From the NCBI GenBank assembly GCA_040757115.1, contig JBFLYA010000011.1, forward strand, positions 1-35,524: a stretch of 35,524 nt of DNA. Direction: 5' to 3'. Position numbers and translations under genes: made by a program. The DNA is from a bacterium. GTDB taxonomy: Bacteria; UBA9089; CG2-30-40-21; SBAY01. The notes beneath the pieces are model-generated. The model was not told the DNA's origin, made no database searches, and saw only the letters and a list, made by a program, of their open reading frames with translations. This document shows, piece after piece, positions 14,917-24,283 of this stretch; position 1 is the stretch's first letter; every line of letters starts with the position of its first letter.

Positions 14917-17136
14917 TTATAATATCAAATCAACCCAATTTTCAAAAGAGCTATTCTTAAAATCTTTGCTTGCTTTGTCAAAATAAACCCAGCGTCCGCG
15001 ATAATTTCGCTCGGTGTTGGTGACTATACCGCCAAAACATTTTTTGCCTTTTTTATTTTCACTTTGAATATACTTATACAATCCATCAATTTTTGGTCCA
15101 GCAACCTGTTTTGTTAATCCAGCCTTGGTGTCAAACAAGCCAATCCTTTCATCCTTCAACTTCACGATAAAATCAACATAAAAGGGTTTCTTTTTGCCGT
15201 TGTCATAAGAGATGGCAAAAAATGTTGCGTCTCTGTCGCCGTTTTTAAACCACCACTCAACCTTGTTGTCCGATTTTTCCAGAAAATCAATAAAAGCCGT
15301 TTCCGGCTTCCATCTTTCATCGCTGTAAAACGGCATCATTATTGATTTTTTTACTTCAACTTTTTTATACTCGCCGCCAAAAGATAGAGTTTCCGGAACA
15401 TTCCAATCCGGCACCTCAACCATTTCACTTTCTCTTTTTTCAACTTCTTCTCTGTATTTTTCCTTGACTTTATCTAAAACATTGACGAAATGCTGAGAGT
15501 TTTTATCGCTCAAAACTATTTGGACGATTTCTTCCCAAACATCGCCATACCACATTTTTAATTCTTGCTCAAAAAACTTATAAATTGATTCTTTTACTCT
15601 GCCAACTGACCTGTCTTCAGGATAGAAAGGTGTTAGGTGGTCGCGCACCCAAAAATCAAGCAATTTCTGTAAATCAAAACCGCTGGTTTTTATGGGCTTA
15701 TCGCCAACAATTTTAACTCCTGCCAAAGCGTCAACATCTTCGGCTTTATAATCAGAGATGATTTTCAAATCAATTTTTCTTATCTTTATATCAACATTCT
15801 TTTTCAAGCCATATTCCCTGGCCTCTGCTAAAAATATCTCTGTAAAAAGAGGAGATAATCTCGTTTTCTCACGATGTCTTTTGGGATAGCAAGAAACTAA
15901 ATTTAATTTAGGATCAAAACTTCTCCTGCTTGTGTAAATCGTGATGTAATCTTTGGCAATGTCTTCTTTAATCTCTATATTGTCCAAATTGGTATAAACA
16001 TACCCATAATTCAAAATCTCGCTTTTGTAATGGCCCTTATCTGGTTCGGGCATACGCATAATCCTGCCGACTGTCTGGATTGAAAAAATCGGACTGTGCC
16101 ATTCTCTAAACAAAACTAAAATCTGTGCTCTCGGACAATCCCAGCCCAAAGCAATAGCCTGCTTGAAAAGTAAAACTTCAACATAGTTATCCATCTTTTC
16201 TACTTCTTCTTTATTGATGTGTTCGCCCGAAAGCCAAATTCCTAGCCGATTGTTTCCTTTTTCCGTTGAGATTTTATATTTGCTTTTCAAAATACTTTCC
16301 ACCCGTTCCCTTATTCTATCCTCTAAACTTGTTTTTCTGTCTGGCAATTGAATTAAAACTAAAGGATTGACATTAACTCCTTCTTTTTGAAATTCTTTAA
16401 CTAATTCTTGCTTCTTTTTCATCGCCGCGTCTATGACCAATTCCTCGCTACCACCACTTAATTTCTGTGTTTGGATTTTTCCTTGTCTTATAAAACTCTC
16501 AAACTCATCATTCAAAATAACCGCTTTTTTAATCATTCCGTCTCTTTTGACATCCTCAAGCAAAACATCAACAGAAAGGTCGCCGCTTAAAACCGGCGTT
16601 GCCGAAACCTCAATTGTTAATTTCGGCCCAATCATCTGAATTAGGCCTTGCGAAATTTCGCTGGTGGCGTGATGATGGGCTTCGTCAATAATCAAAATTA
16701 TTTCCAGGACATCTTCCTTTGTCCTCTCTAATACCTTTGACAAGTTAAAATCCTGTTCGTTATCGCGAATATAGATATTGTCTGCTTTGTTTATACTTTC
16801 CCAGTTAAAAAATAAAATCTCATTTCCGCTTATTTTCCTGTCGTCTAAATCCTCAAAATAGGAACACTTTAACGCTCGGCTTGTCTCAAAATAGTTTTCT
16901 AACTTATCTCGGCTTTGCTTATGAAGCTGTCTTGGGGCCGTCCAGATAAAGCCGAGAGATTGCCTGATTTCTCTGTCGTCCACTAACTGCTTCAAAAATT
17001 CCGCCATCATTATTGTTTTGCCTGAGCCGGTCGGCGACTTGAAAACAAGTTTTTTACTGCCAGAATAACCCAAAAGCCGCTTGGCTTTTATCAATAAATC
17101 ATCTATTGCGTTTTCTTGATAAATTTTTAGTTGCAT
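14917..17136 (-). CDS. Type III restriction endonuclease Res subunit (SF2 helicase plus C-terminal PD-(D/E)XK nuclease)
   Basis: SPTGSGKT, IIDEAHH, SATP, LGWDCPRAQIL, QTVGRIMR, FYVDFIV...DTK; start at ATG 17136, 4 nt after the upstream stop and matching the second copy's start. Confidence 0.9.
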   Translation of the reverse strand: MQLKIYQENAIDDLLIKAKRLLGYSGSKKLVFKSPTGSGKTIMMAEFLKQLVDDREIRQSLGFIWTAPRQLHKQSRDKLENYFETSRALKCSYFEDLDDRKISGNEILFFNWESINKADNIYIRDNEQDFNLSKVLERTKEDVLEIILIIDEAHHHATSEISQGLIQMIGPKLTIEVSATPVLSGDLSVDVLLEDVKRDGMIKKAVILNDEFESFIRQGKIQTQKLSGGSEELVIDAAMKKKQELVKEFQKEGVNVNPLVLIQLPDRKTSLEDRIRERVESILKSKYKISTEKGNNRLGIWLSGEHINKEEVEKMDNYVEVLLFKQAIALGWDCPRAQILVLFREWHSPIFSIQTVGRIMRMPEPDKGHYKSEILNYGYVYTNLDNIEIKEDIAKDYITIYTSRRSFDPKLNLVSCYPKRHREKTRLSPLFTEIFLAEAREYGLKKNVDIKIRKIDLKIISDYKAEDVDALAGVKIVGDKPIKTSGFDLQKLLDFWVRDHLTPFYPEDRSVGRVKESIYKFFEQELKMWYGDVWEEIVQIVLSDKNSQHFVNVLDKVKEKYREEVEKRESEMVEVPDWNVPETLSFGGEYKKVEVKKSIMMPFYSDERWKPETAFIDFLEKSDNKVEWWFKNGDRDATFFAISYDNGKKKPFYVDFIVKLKDERIGLFDTKAGLTKQVAGPKIDGLYKYIQSENKKGKKCFGGIVTNTERNYRGRWVYFDKASKDFKNSSFENWVDLIL

Positions 17137-17140
17137 AAGA

Positions 17141-18520
17141 TTAAATCCGTCCTTGTAAAAATTTTTGTATATCATTCTTAAATGTTTCTCTTGGTGGATT
17201 TTCCCATTGAAACAGATAAATTAAATCTAAATATGACTCAAGAGCAAGCTGATCTGATTTATTCAGTAAATCGGTGACAGAAAAAGTTTGCGTATGATAA
17301 TTCCATGGTTCGCTAATTTTTGCCATTCGTGGAAAACTAGAAGGCATTCTATTAAAAGAATCTACAACGAGCTCGCGATTATTTAAATCATAAAGTTTGA
17401 TTTCAATAATCAAATTTTCATCAAAAACGTTTTGAGTCGCTAATCGTTTAGCAAATTCAAAAATTTCGGTTAATGTATATAAAGTTCCAAGAACACCAAG
17501 CCATTTTTTACCTTTAAGTTCGTCTCCCCTTGCCCATATATTTCTATATTCGACATCTTTTAACCAATCCTCTCTTAAGGCTAAAAGGTGATAAAAATTA
17601 GCGCTTTTAGTCATTCTCCAAAATTCAATATGATTAGACCAATTGATAGTTTTTTCAACCCCATCTAAAGTAGGATAGGGTTCACCCTCACTATCTCTAA
17701 AATGAGGATAATCCCAACCCTTAAGCTTAACAACAGCGGATTGCACAATATCTTTTATTTTCTGTTTCTCAATTCTTTGTGAATTATAAACACTAGGGCG
17801 GATGTTTATTTCCCAATAGCCCTTGGATTTTATTTTTGTGATAACTTCATCCTTGTTCATAGTTACTTTGATATCCTTCAACTCTGCTTTAAACTTATCT
17901 TGGTCAGTTTTTGTACTTTTTAACACTTTCACACTTGACATTGTCTTAAAAAATCTTTGCACTCTAACAGAGAACAAGGCTAATTCCTTTTCAATTGCTA
18001 AATCTATTATCTCTCTCATTTCAGAAGGTTCGGTAATCTTTTTTGTTTCCGGTTTGTCGGTTCTAATATAAACAACAGAATTTTCAAGCCGATTTAAATT
18101 TCTGTTGTTTTTGCAAATAATGGGAGCAAATATAAAACTTTGAACTGCGAAAACTATAAAATTTTTACTATCATATTCAATATTGAGAATTTGAAATTTA
18201 GGTTCTGGTTCGCCAAAGTTTCTCACATGTTCAAAAATTAAATCTTGATCGTAAGTTTTTAAATTGTCCTCGCTCACTCCTTTTAATAAATATTTCTTTT
18301 CTTCATCGTCCCTCTCTATTCCTAAAATTATCTTACCTCCATCACGAGTATTAGACATAGCTAGAATACTCTTGATAATTTCTTGAACCTTGTCGTTCTC
18401 TCGAATAAGATCAATCTTGTTTGGCCAAGGAATAGAAGGTTTAAATTCAACAGATTTACTCTCATTTGGAGATTCTAATATACCGGTAATAATTTTGTCG
18501 GCTTTTGTGGGATTAATCAT
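17141..18520 (-). CDS. Schlafen/AlbA_2-domain protein fused to an unrecognised C-terminal domain
   Basis: ESKSVEFK...IIKSILAMSNTRDGGKIILGI...YIR is the AlbA_2 signature; second domain starts near MNKDEVITKIKSKGYW. Confidence 0.8.
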   Translation of the reverse strand: MINPTKADKIITGILESPNESKSVEFKPSIPWPNKIDLIRENDKVQEIIKSILAMSNTRDGGKIILGIERDDEEKKYLLKGVSEDNLKTYDQDLIFEHVRNFGEPEPKFQILNIEYDSKNFIVFAVQSFIFAPIICKNNRNLNRLENSVVYIRTDKPETKKITEPSEMREIIDLAIEKELALFSVRVQRFFKTMSSVKVLKSTKTDQDKFKAELKDIKVTMNKDEVITKIKSKGYWEINIRPSVYNSQRIEKQKIKDIVQSAVVKLKGWDYPHFRDSEGEPYPTLDGVEKTINWSNHIEFWRMTKSANFYHLLALREDWLKDVEYRNIWARGDELKGKKWLGVLGTLYTLTEIFEFAKRLATQNVFDENLIIEIKLYDLNNRELVVDSFNRMPSSFPRMAKISEPWNYHTQTFSVTDLLNKSDQLALESYLDLIYLFQWENPPRETFKNDIQKFLQGRI

Positions 18521-18524
18521 AACT

Positions 18525-20198
18525 TTACTTAAAAATCCTTCTATAAACCCGTAAAATTGCTTCGGGGATTGGCGATAATTGGACTTTCTGTTTTACATCT
18601 TTGAACTCATCATCAAAAGTTTCATCGCCCAAAGAGAAAACATAGACGCTGAATTTTCCTTTTATGTCTTTAATCGCTTTTTTGAAAGCCGGAATTGCTG
18701 TTTGGTCCCAAATAATGCCAGTATAGTAGTCTGAATTTTTGAAAACTTTAAATCTTTCGTTATCTAATACCTTTTCAAAAGTTCCCTCTTTAACACAAAG
18801 CATTTCTGTTGCCTGTTGGGTGAGTTTAATTTTGTTGCTGTCCGTTGGCTCATCATAATCAACAAAATCGGTTTTGAAATATTTAAGGTTGGCTGGAATT
18901 CCTGTTATATCAGGATAGTCTTTATGTCCTTCTATAACTCTTTTAATTCTAGTCCAGCATACTTCTTCAGCAATGTCATTTTCGTTATTTGTACAAAGGA
19001 TAAATTTTCTTTCGCCACTATCTTCTTTATTAAGCAACAAAAGAGCATGAGCAGTAGTTCCCGAACCCGCAAAATAATCTAAAACGATGGCATTTTTTCT
19101 TGAATATAAAATTGGAGCTATGCAATCGTAGGTATTCCAAATAGATTTTGGAAAATCAAAATGGGTATTCGGCACTAAAGCGTGGACCAATTTTGTCCCG
19201 TATTCATTGGCATCATAACGACTATCTTGCCATACTGTTCTAACTGTTCCAAAATCCTTACCAATTTCAATTTCATAACCTGTTCTTGTTCTTCTTGTTC
19301 TCAATAAATTTTTAACTTCTTCTATGCTTTGTCTTGCATATCGCCATTTCCTTTCAATTTTGTTTCTATCAATGGGATAAATATAATAAGCATCACCAAC
19401 TTTTTCTGTCTGCGATTTTGGGTGTTTCTCATTGGGTAAAACATCCCCAAAACCAATAACCTCATCATCTTTTACGATGATCGGATAAAAACAGTTCTTG
19501 GCGTCTGTTCTTAACGATTCACCGCCGTTATCCCTTAAATTCCTCCAATCTATATCTTTAGGCTGTATTTTTCTCTTTTCTATAACTCTCAATCCTTTCC
19601 TAAAAACAAAATACGCATATTCGTGGGTATATGAAAAATTATTTCCTTGAACTCCTCTTGGATTATGCACTATTGTTATACAATGAATTTCAAATCCTTT
19701 AAAAATTTCTTCCAGTAATAATCCCAATCGGTAAAATTCATTATCATCAATTGCACAGACAAACACGCCGTTTTCTTTTAATAAATTTCTTGCCAATCGC
19801 AGTCTATGCCCCATCATACTTAACCACTTGCTGTGTCTCCACGCATCGTTAATATCAACATAGTCATTGTTATACTTCCAATCTCTTGCCCCTGTATTAA
19901 ATGGAGGGTCAATGTATATGACATCTATTTTACCAGGGTGGGTGTAATTCAAAACAGAGAGGGCATGATAATTATCACCTTCAATCAATAAATTTACTGG
20001 CTTATTTTTATCGGTAATAATTTCTTTATCCTTAACTTCTTTCAACACCGGCAGTTTCTCTTTGCACATCTCAACCACTTCTTCTGGTTTTTCTTCCCAA
20101 ACAAGCCCGTATTTTTTCCTTTTCTTCAATTCCTTTTTCAGCCGCTCAACTTCTGCTTTCAAATTTTCAATCTCTAATTTTTTATTTTCTTTTGCCAT
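18525..20198 (-). CDS. Type III Mod-like amino (N6-adenine) DNA methyltransferase, beta class
   Basis: KKYGLVWE, LIEGDNYHAL, IYIDPPFNTG, FDFPKS, VLDYFAGSGTTAHA, RKFILCTNNE. Confidence 0.92.
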   Translation of the reverse strand: MAKENKKLEIENLKAEVERLKKELKKRKKYGLVWEEKPEEVVEMCKEKLPVLKEVKDKEIITDKNKPVNLLIEGDNYHALSVLNYTHPGKIDVIYIDPPFNTGARDWKYNNDYVDINDAWRHSKWLSMMGHRLRLARNLLKENGVFVCAIDDNEFYRLGLLLEEIFKGFEIHCITIVHNPRGVQGNNFSYTHEYAYFVFRKGLRVIEKRKIQPKDIDWRNLRDNGGESLRTDAKNCFYPIIVKDDEVIGFGDVLPNEKHPKSQTEKVGDAYYIYPIDRNKIERKWRYARQSIEEVKNLLRTRRTRTGYEIEIGKDFGTVRTVWQDSRYDANEYGTKLVHALVPNTHFDFPKSIWNTYDCIAPILYSRKNAIVLDYFAGSGTTAHALLLLNKEDSGERKFILCTNNENDIAEEVCWTRIKRVIEGHKDYPDITGIPANLKYFKTDFVDYDEPTDSNKIKLTQQATEMLCVKEGTFEKVLDNERFKVFKNSDYYTGIIWDQTAIPAFKKAIKDIKGKFSVYVFSLGDETFDDEFKDVKQKVQLSPIPEAILRVYRRIFK

Positions 20199-20202
20199 AA
20201 TT

Positions 20203-20886
20203 TTAGATTAATCCCTTATTTCTGAAACTAAAGAAGCCGTCTTTAACTACAATAATATGGTCAAATACTTCTATGTCTAAAATTCTGCCAGATTCCACTA
20301 ATTTTTTTGTAATCACTAAATCATCTTCCGATGGTTCGGGGTCGCCTGATGGGTGATTATGAGCAAATATAACCGAAGCGGCCTTACTTTTAATTGCTTC
20401 GGCAAAGACCTCGCGTGGATGGGCAATGCTTGTGTTTAAACTCCCAACTGAAACTTCTGCGATTGAGTGGCCTCTACTATTAAGAGCGATGATATAAAAA
20501 TGTTCTTTATGATAATCTTTAAGTTTGCTTTTTACCAGCCGATAAACTTTCTCTGGGTCGGTAAGCTCTTTGCTTCTATATGACGGGGCTTGAGTTGAAA
20601 GCCGACGGCTAATTTCAAAAGTGGCTTTTATTTGGGCGGCTTTTGCCAAGCCAATTCCTTTAATTAAGGATAATTCTTCAATACTTGCTTCTGACAATTT
20701 TTGCAAACTCCCAAAATGACTTAATAACTTTTGGGCAGTGACCGCCACCGATTCGCCGGCGACGCCTCGGCCTAAAATAAGTTGTAACAATTCTTGAGCC
20801 GAGAGTGCTTGTTCGCCAAACTTAACTAACCGCTCACGAGGCCGTTCATCTTTTGGTAAATCATGAATGGTAAATGATTTGTTCAT
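20203..20886 (-). CDS. radC: RadC-family JAB/MPN protein
   Basis: ERPRERL, GIGLAKA HhH motif, HPREVF, HNHPSGDPEPSEDD, DHII. Confidence 0.95.
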   Translation of the reverse strand: MNKSFTIHDLPKDERPRERLVKFGEQALSAQELLQLILGRGVAGESVAVTAQKLLSHFGSLQKLSEASIEELSLIKGIGLAKAAQIKATFEISRRLSTQAPSYRSKELTDPEKVYRLVKSKLKDYHKEHFYIIALNSRGHSIAEVSVGSLNTSIAHPREVFAEAIKSKAASVIFAHNHPSGDPEPSEDDLVITKKLVESGRILDIEVFDHIIVVKDGFFSFRNKGLI

Positions 20887-20887
20887 A

Positions 20888-20944
20888 TTATTCCATTAAA
20901 TCATCGAGCGAGGAGACGCCAAGTGCATCTGCGATTTTTTTAAC
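20888..20944 (-). pseudogene. C-terminal remnant of an XRE-family HTH regulator
   Basis: Reads VKKIADALGVSSLDDLME* immediately upstream of radC; no intact 5' part. Confidence 0.5.
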
Positions 20945-21185
20945 TCATAGAAATTTGATAATATGTAAAGATGGGCATCCTTTAACAGATTGCTTTCAAT
21001 CTCTTTAATTAGAGTAATTCCTTTAGCAATTTTCTGTATAACCTTAATATTATATCTCCTATAAACCTCTTTTAGTATACTACTTCATTAAAAGTTTGTC
21101 AAGAGGCTGACCGAGAATTTTTATCTCTTCTACTATTTTGGTAAAAACCTACTAAAATTAATATTTTGACTCAATTAGCCCTAAA

Positions 21186-21420
21186 ATGACCGTTCACCGC
21201 AGAAACACAGAGACGCAGAGAAAAAAATTAAAATCTATTCACCAGAGATAGAAATTTCCTTTTTTTGTGCATTTCGGATCTTTCGTTATTTATTAATCTT
21301 TTAATACTTACTTTCGACTAACTGTTTTTAAACCTTTTTAAACACCGAAAAATACAAAAAAAGATATTTTCCTCTCTGTTCCTCTGCGTCTCTGCGGTAA
21401 ATTACCACCTGAACGGTTAC
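21186..21420 (-). mobile_element. GTAACCGTTCA-family MITE with 8-bp target site duplication
   Basis: Ends atgaccgttca (degenerate)/tgaacggttac; gccctaaa at 21178-21185 and 21421-21428; close copy at 25655-25903. Confidence 0.9.
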
Positions 21421-21509
21421 GCCCTAAAGGCAAGGAAAGATTATAAAATTGTATCTTAAAAAGAAAAATCCTGAAAATTTACTCTTCAGAACGAGATTTA
21501 CATTTTTTC

Positions 21510-21538
21510 TTGACAAATAACAAATGATTTAGTATTAT
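21510..21538 (+). promoter_or_regulatory. Sigma70 promoter, probably giving a leaderless transcript
   Basis: TTGACA-17-TATTAT, then 7 nt to ATG 21546 with no Shine-Dalgarno. Confidence 0.6.
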
Positions 21539-21545
21539 ATTTTGT

Positions 21546-22241
21546 ATGAAAATGGATAACCAATTAAAAAGAAGATATGAGTATGAAATAGAACAACTTC
21601 ATAATATGGTCATAGATGAGGCAGAGACAAAAACTATTGCGGAAGAATACCTTCAATACTTATGTCAGGCAAGAGTTGCCCTGAGCCTGGATGACCAGGT
21701 AGAAACGGAATATTACATTACTTTGACCAAATCCATCTTTGCTCGAACAAAAAAAAGTAAAGAACTTCAACAAGCCTGTGGTCGAAGAATAATTTTATAT
21801 GAACTTATCTGGCTATCTGTCTTATTAATCCTTATCCCAATAATAATCTTTAGATTTGGGCGATTTATCGTGCTTGGGGTTCCTGGTGAATATTACATTT
21901 GGGGTGGTATCGGAGCAACAATCTCAGCGATATATAATTTTATTAAACAAACCTCTCTTAGAGATTTTGATAGACAATTTATTACCTGGTATTATATTAA
22001 ACCTATGTTAGGAATAATCACTGGAGCTGTAGTTTATTTTTTATTTATGTGTATCATTTTTGCAATGGGCGTAGAAATTGACCCGATTAGACCTAATTTA
22101 TTGATTTTATTAGCCTGTTGTCTAACAGGATTTAGTGAAAAATTCTCTTTAGAAATGGTTGAATCTGCTTCCCGGTCAATCTTTAATATCCCTTCACGAG
22201 TTAAGAAAGGAAAACACAGAGAAGTAGATAGTAGAGAGTAG
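21546..22241 (+). CDS. Hypothetical membrane protein with about four transmembrane helices
   Basis: Soluble helical N-terminus; hydrophobic segments with WGGIGA, WYYIKP..G, GFSEKF. Confidence 0.7.
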   Translation: MKMDNQLKRRYEYEIEQLHNMVIDEAETKTIAEEYLQYLCQARVALSLDDQVETEYYITLTKSIFARTKKSKELQQACGRRIILYELIWLSVLLILIPIIIFRFGRFIVLGVPGEYYIWGGIGATISAIYNFIKQTSLRDFDRQFITWYYIKPMLGIITGAVVYFLFMCIIFAMGVEIDPIRPNLLILLACCLTGFSEKFSLEMVESASRSIFNIPSRVKKGKHREVDSRE

Positions 22242-22357
22242 CCAGTTTCAACTAACTGCTTATTATTTTTAAAGCTTCACGAAATTAAAAGTAAGTAACT
22301 GGTAACTAATTACCATTCACCAGTTACCAATTACCAGATGAAAGGAGGTAAAAAGGC

Positions 22358-22936
22358 ATGAGTGAACTTTTTGAGATTCGCTGGCACGGTCGCGGTGGAC
22401 AAGGAGCCAAAACTGCGGCAATTCTATTTGCAGATGCAGGTGCGGGTGAAGGTAAGTATGTTCAGGCATTCCCGGAATATGGTCCCGAGCGAATGGGTGC
22501 GCCTGTTCAGGCATTTAACCGCCTTAGTAATGAACCAATTACACTTCACTGTGGGATTGATTCCCCGTCTGTGGTGGTGGTGCTTGACCCAACATTGATT
22601 GAAACAGCAAAGGTGACACAAGGATTAAAAGAAAACGGAATGCTTCTGATTAACACAAATCAACCCCCTAACATAATGCGTCAAAATTTACCAGATTTTA
22701 AAGGAAAACTGTTTACGGTAGATGCGTCAACTATCTCTAAACAAGAACTGGGCAAGGAAATTCCTAATACACCCATGCTTGGTGCGTTAATTAAGGTAAC
22801 TAATTTAATAGACTTTGACCGAATGCTTCAAGATACACGCAAAAAATTGGAGAAAAAATTCAAATCTAAACCAGAGGTGATTGAAGGTAATATTAAATCA
22901 ATCCAACGAGCATATCAGGAGGTGAAAGGCGAATGA
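22358..22936 (+). CDS. porG: Pyruvate/2-oxoacid:ferredoxin oxidoreductase gamma subunit
   Basis: EIRWHGRGGQGAKTA, QAFPEYGPERMGAP, PNTPMLGA; RBS aaggagg. Confidence 0.93.
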   Translation: MSELFEIRWHGRGGQGAKTAAILFADAGAGEGKYVQAFPEYGPERMGAPVQAFNRLSNEPITLHCGIDSPSVVVVLDPTLIETAKVTQGLKENGMLLINTNQPPNIMRQNLPDFKGKLFTVDASTISKQELGKEIPNTPMLGALIKVTNLIDFDRMLQDTRKKLEKKFKSKPEVIEGNIKSIQRAYQEVKGE

Positions 22937-23229
22937 AAGAAAAAGAAGGATGGATGGATTTACCTATTGGAGGCTTAATATTAGAAGGCGGCACAGCAAC
23001 TAAATACATCACTGGCGATTGGCGGAGTTTAAGACCCATCTGGGATAGTGAAAAATGTATTAGTTGTTTGACTTGCTGGATTTATTGCCCGGATTCTTCT
23101 ATTTTAGTAGAAAATGAGAAGATGATAGGAATTGACTACGACCATTGTAAAGGCTGTGGTATTTGTGCTAATGAATGCCCACCTAAAGTTTCTGCCATAA
23201 AAATGGTCAATGAGGCAGAGTTCAGGTAA
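22933..23229 (+). CDS. porD: Pyruvate/2-oxoacid:ferredoxin oxidoreductase delta subunit (2x[4Fe-4S])
   Basis: TGDWRSLRP, CISCLTCWIYCPD, DYDHCKGCGICANECP. Confidence 0.93.
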   Translation: MKEKEGWMDLPIGGLILEGGTATKYITGDWRSLRPIWDSEKCISCLTCWIYCPDSSILVENEKMIGIDYDHCKGCGICANECPPKVSAIKMVNEAEFR

Positions 23230-23299
23230 TCGGTAATCTTGATTACCGATTTCAAACGGTGAGCAATGACACTATATTCAATTGCGTAGTGACCGCGCA

Positions 23300-24217
23300 C
23301 TATACTTCTTTAATCCCTTCCATAATCTTTTCGCTAATTTGGGCAAGATTTCTATTTACCTCTTCATAGTTTTTAAGAAGTTTAGCCCCAGAGGTGACAA
23401 CAGTGCTTAATTCACGGTCTAAATTACCGATAATTGTCCCCATCTCCACTACATTCTGTTTAAGTGTATTTAAAATATCAACCATCAGTCGTAGGTCTCT
23501 TTTGATTTTCCTATCTTTTATACCAAATAAAACTAATCCGAGAAAATAATGGAAGGTTCGAGGTGAGGTCAGATGCACCATCCTTGTTTGAGCATATTCA
23601 CATAGTTCTGTTTGAGTCAATATTTCATAGTAAGCATTTTCTGAAGGGATGTAAAGTAAGACAAATTCAATATTCTCTAATGTCACATACTTAGCCACGG
23701 TGTCAATTTGACTTTTAACCTCTTTTTCTAATTTTCGGCGTAGTTCCTTCTCATCTTTTTGCGTAGCTCTAACTAATTTGCGGTAGGTTTCAATCGGAAA
23801 TTTTGTATCAATCGGAATAATTTCATTCTCTAACGCAATTGCACCATCAACCTTTGTCCCGTCTGATAATTCATAGTCTTTTTTATAGACATCGCGTGGC
23901 AATTTATCACTAATTAAGGTATCCAGGATAATTTCTCCCACGCTTTTCATCCCTTTAGTCGCTTTTAATACCTCATTAATCTCGGTTAATTGTTGAGAGG
24001 CTGTTTGTTCTCTTAATTCTAATTGCTCCAGAGACAAAGAAAGCATATGAATGGTGCGATGCAGGTCTGTTTTTACCCCATCAATCGTTTTGGTAATATT
24101 CCCTAATCCTTCAATAGTAATGTTTTCCTTTCTTCTATAAGATAAAATGGAGAAACTCACGGCAATGATTACACCTATTAAGGTCAATATCATCATTATC
24201 AATTCAATTCCAGTCAT
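23300..24217 (-). CDS. rmuC: RmuC-family DNA recombination protein with N-terminal membrane anchor
   Basis: GEIILD, VDGAI, IPIDTKFP, LYIPSENAY, TSPRT; coiled-coil flanks. Confidence 0.85.
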   Translation of the reverse strand: MTGIELIMMILTLIGVIIAVSFSILSYRRKENITIEGLGNITKTIDGVKTDLHRTIHMLSLSLEQLELREQTASQQLTEINEVLKATKGMKSVGEIILDTLISDKLPRDVYKKDYELSDGTKVDGAIALENEIIPIDTKFPIETYRKLVRATQKDEKELRRKLEKEVKSQIDTVAKYVTLENIEFVLLYIPSENAYYEILTQTELCEYAQTRMVHLTSPRTFHYFLGLVLFGIKDRKIKRDLRLMVDILNTLKQNVVEMGTIIGNLDRELSTVVTSGAKLLKNYEEVNRNLAQISEKIMEGIKEV

Positions 24218-24283
24218 TTTTTTTTACACTCCTCTCATAATTCATAATTATTTAGCCACAACGGCACAATTATCCTTTTCCCA

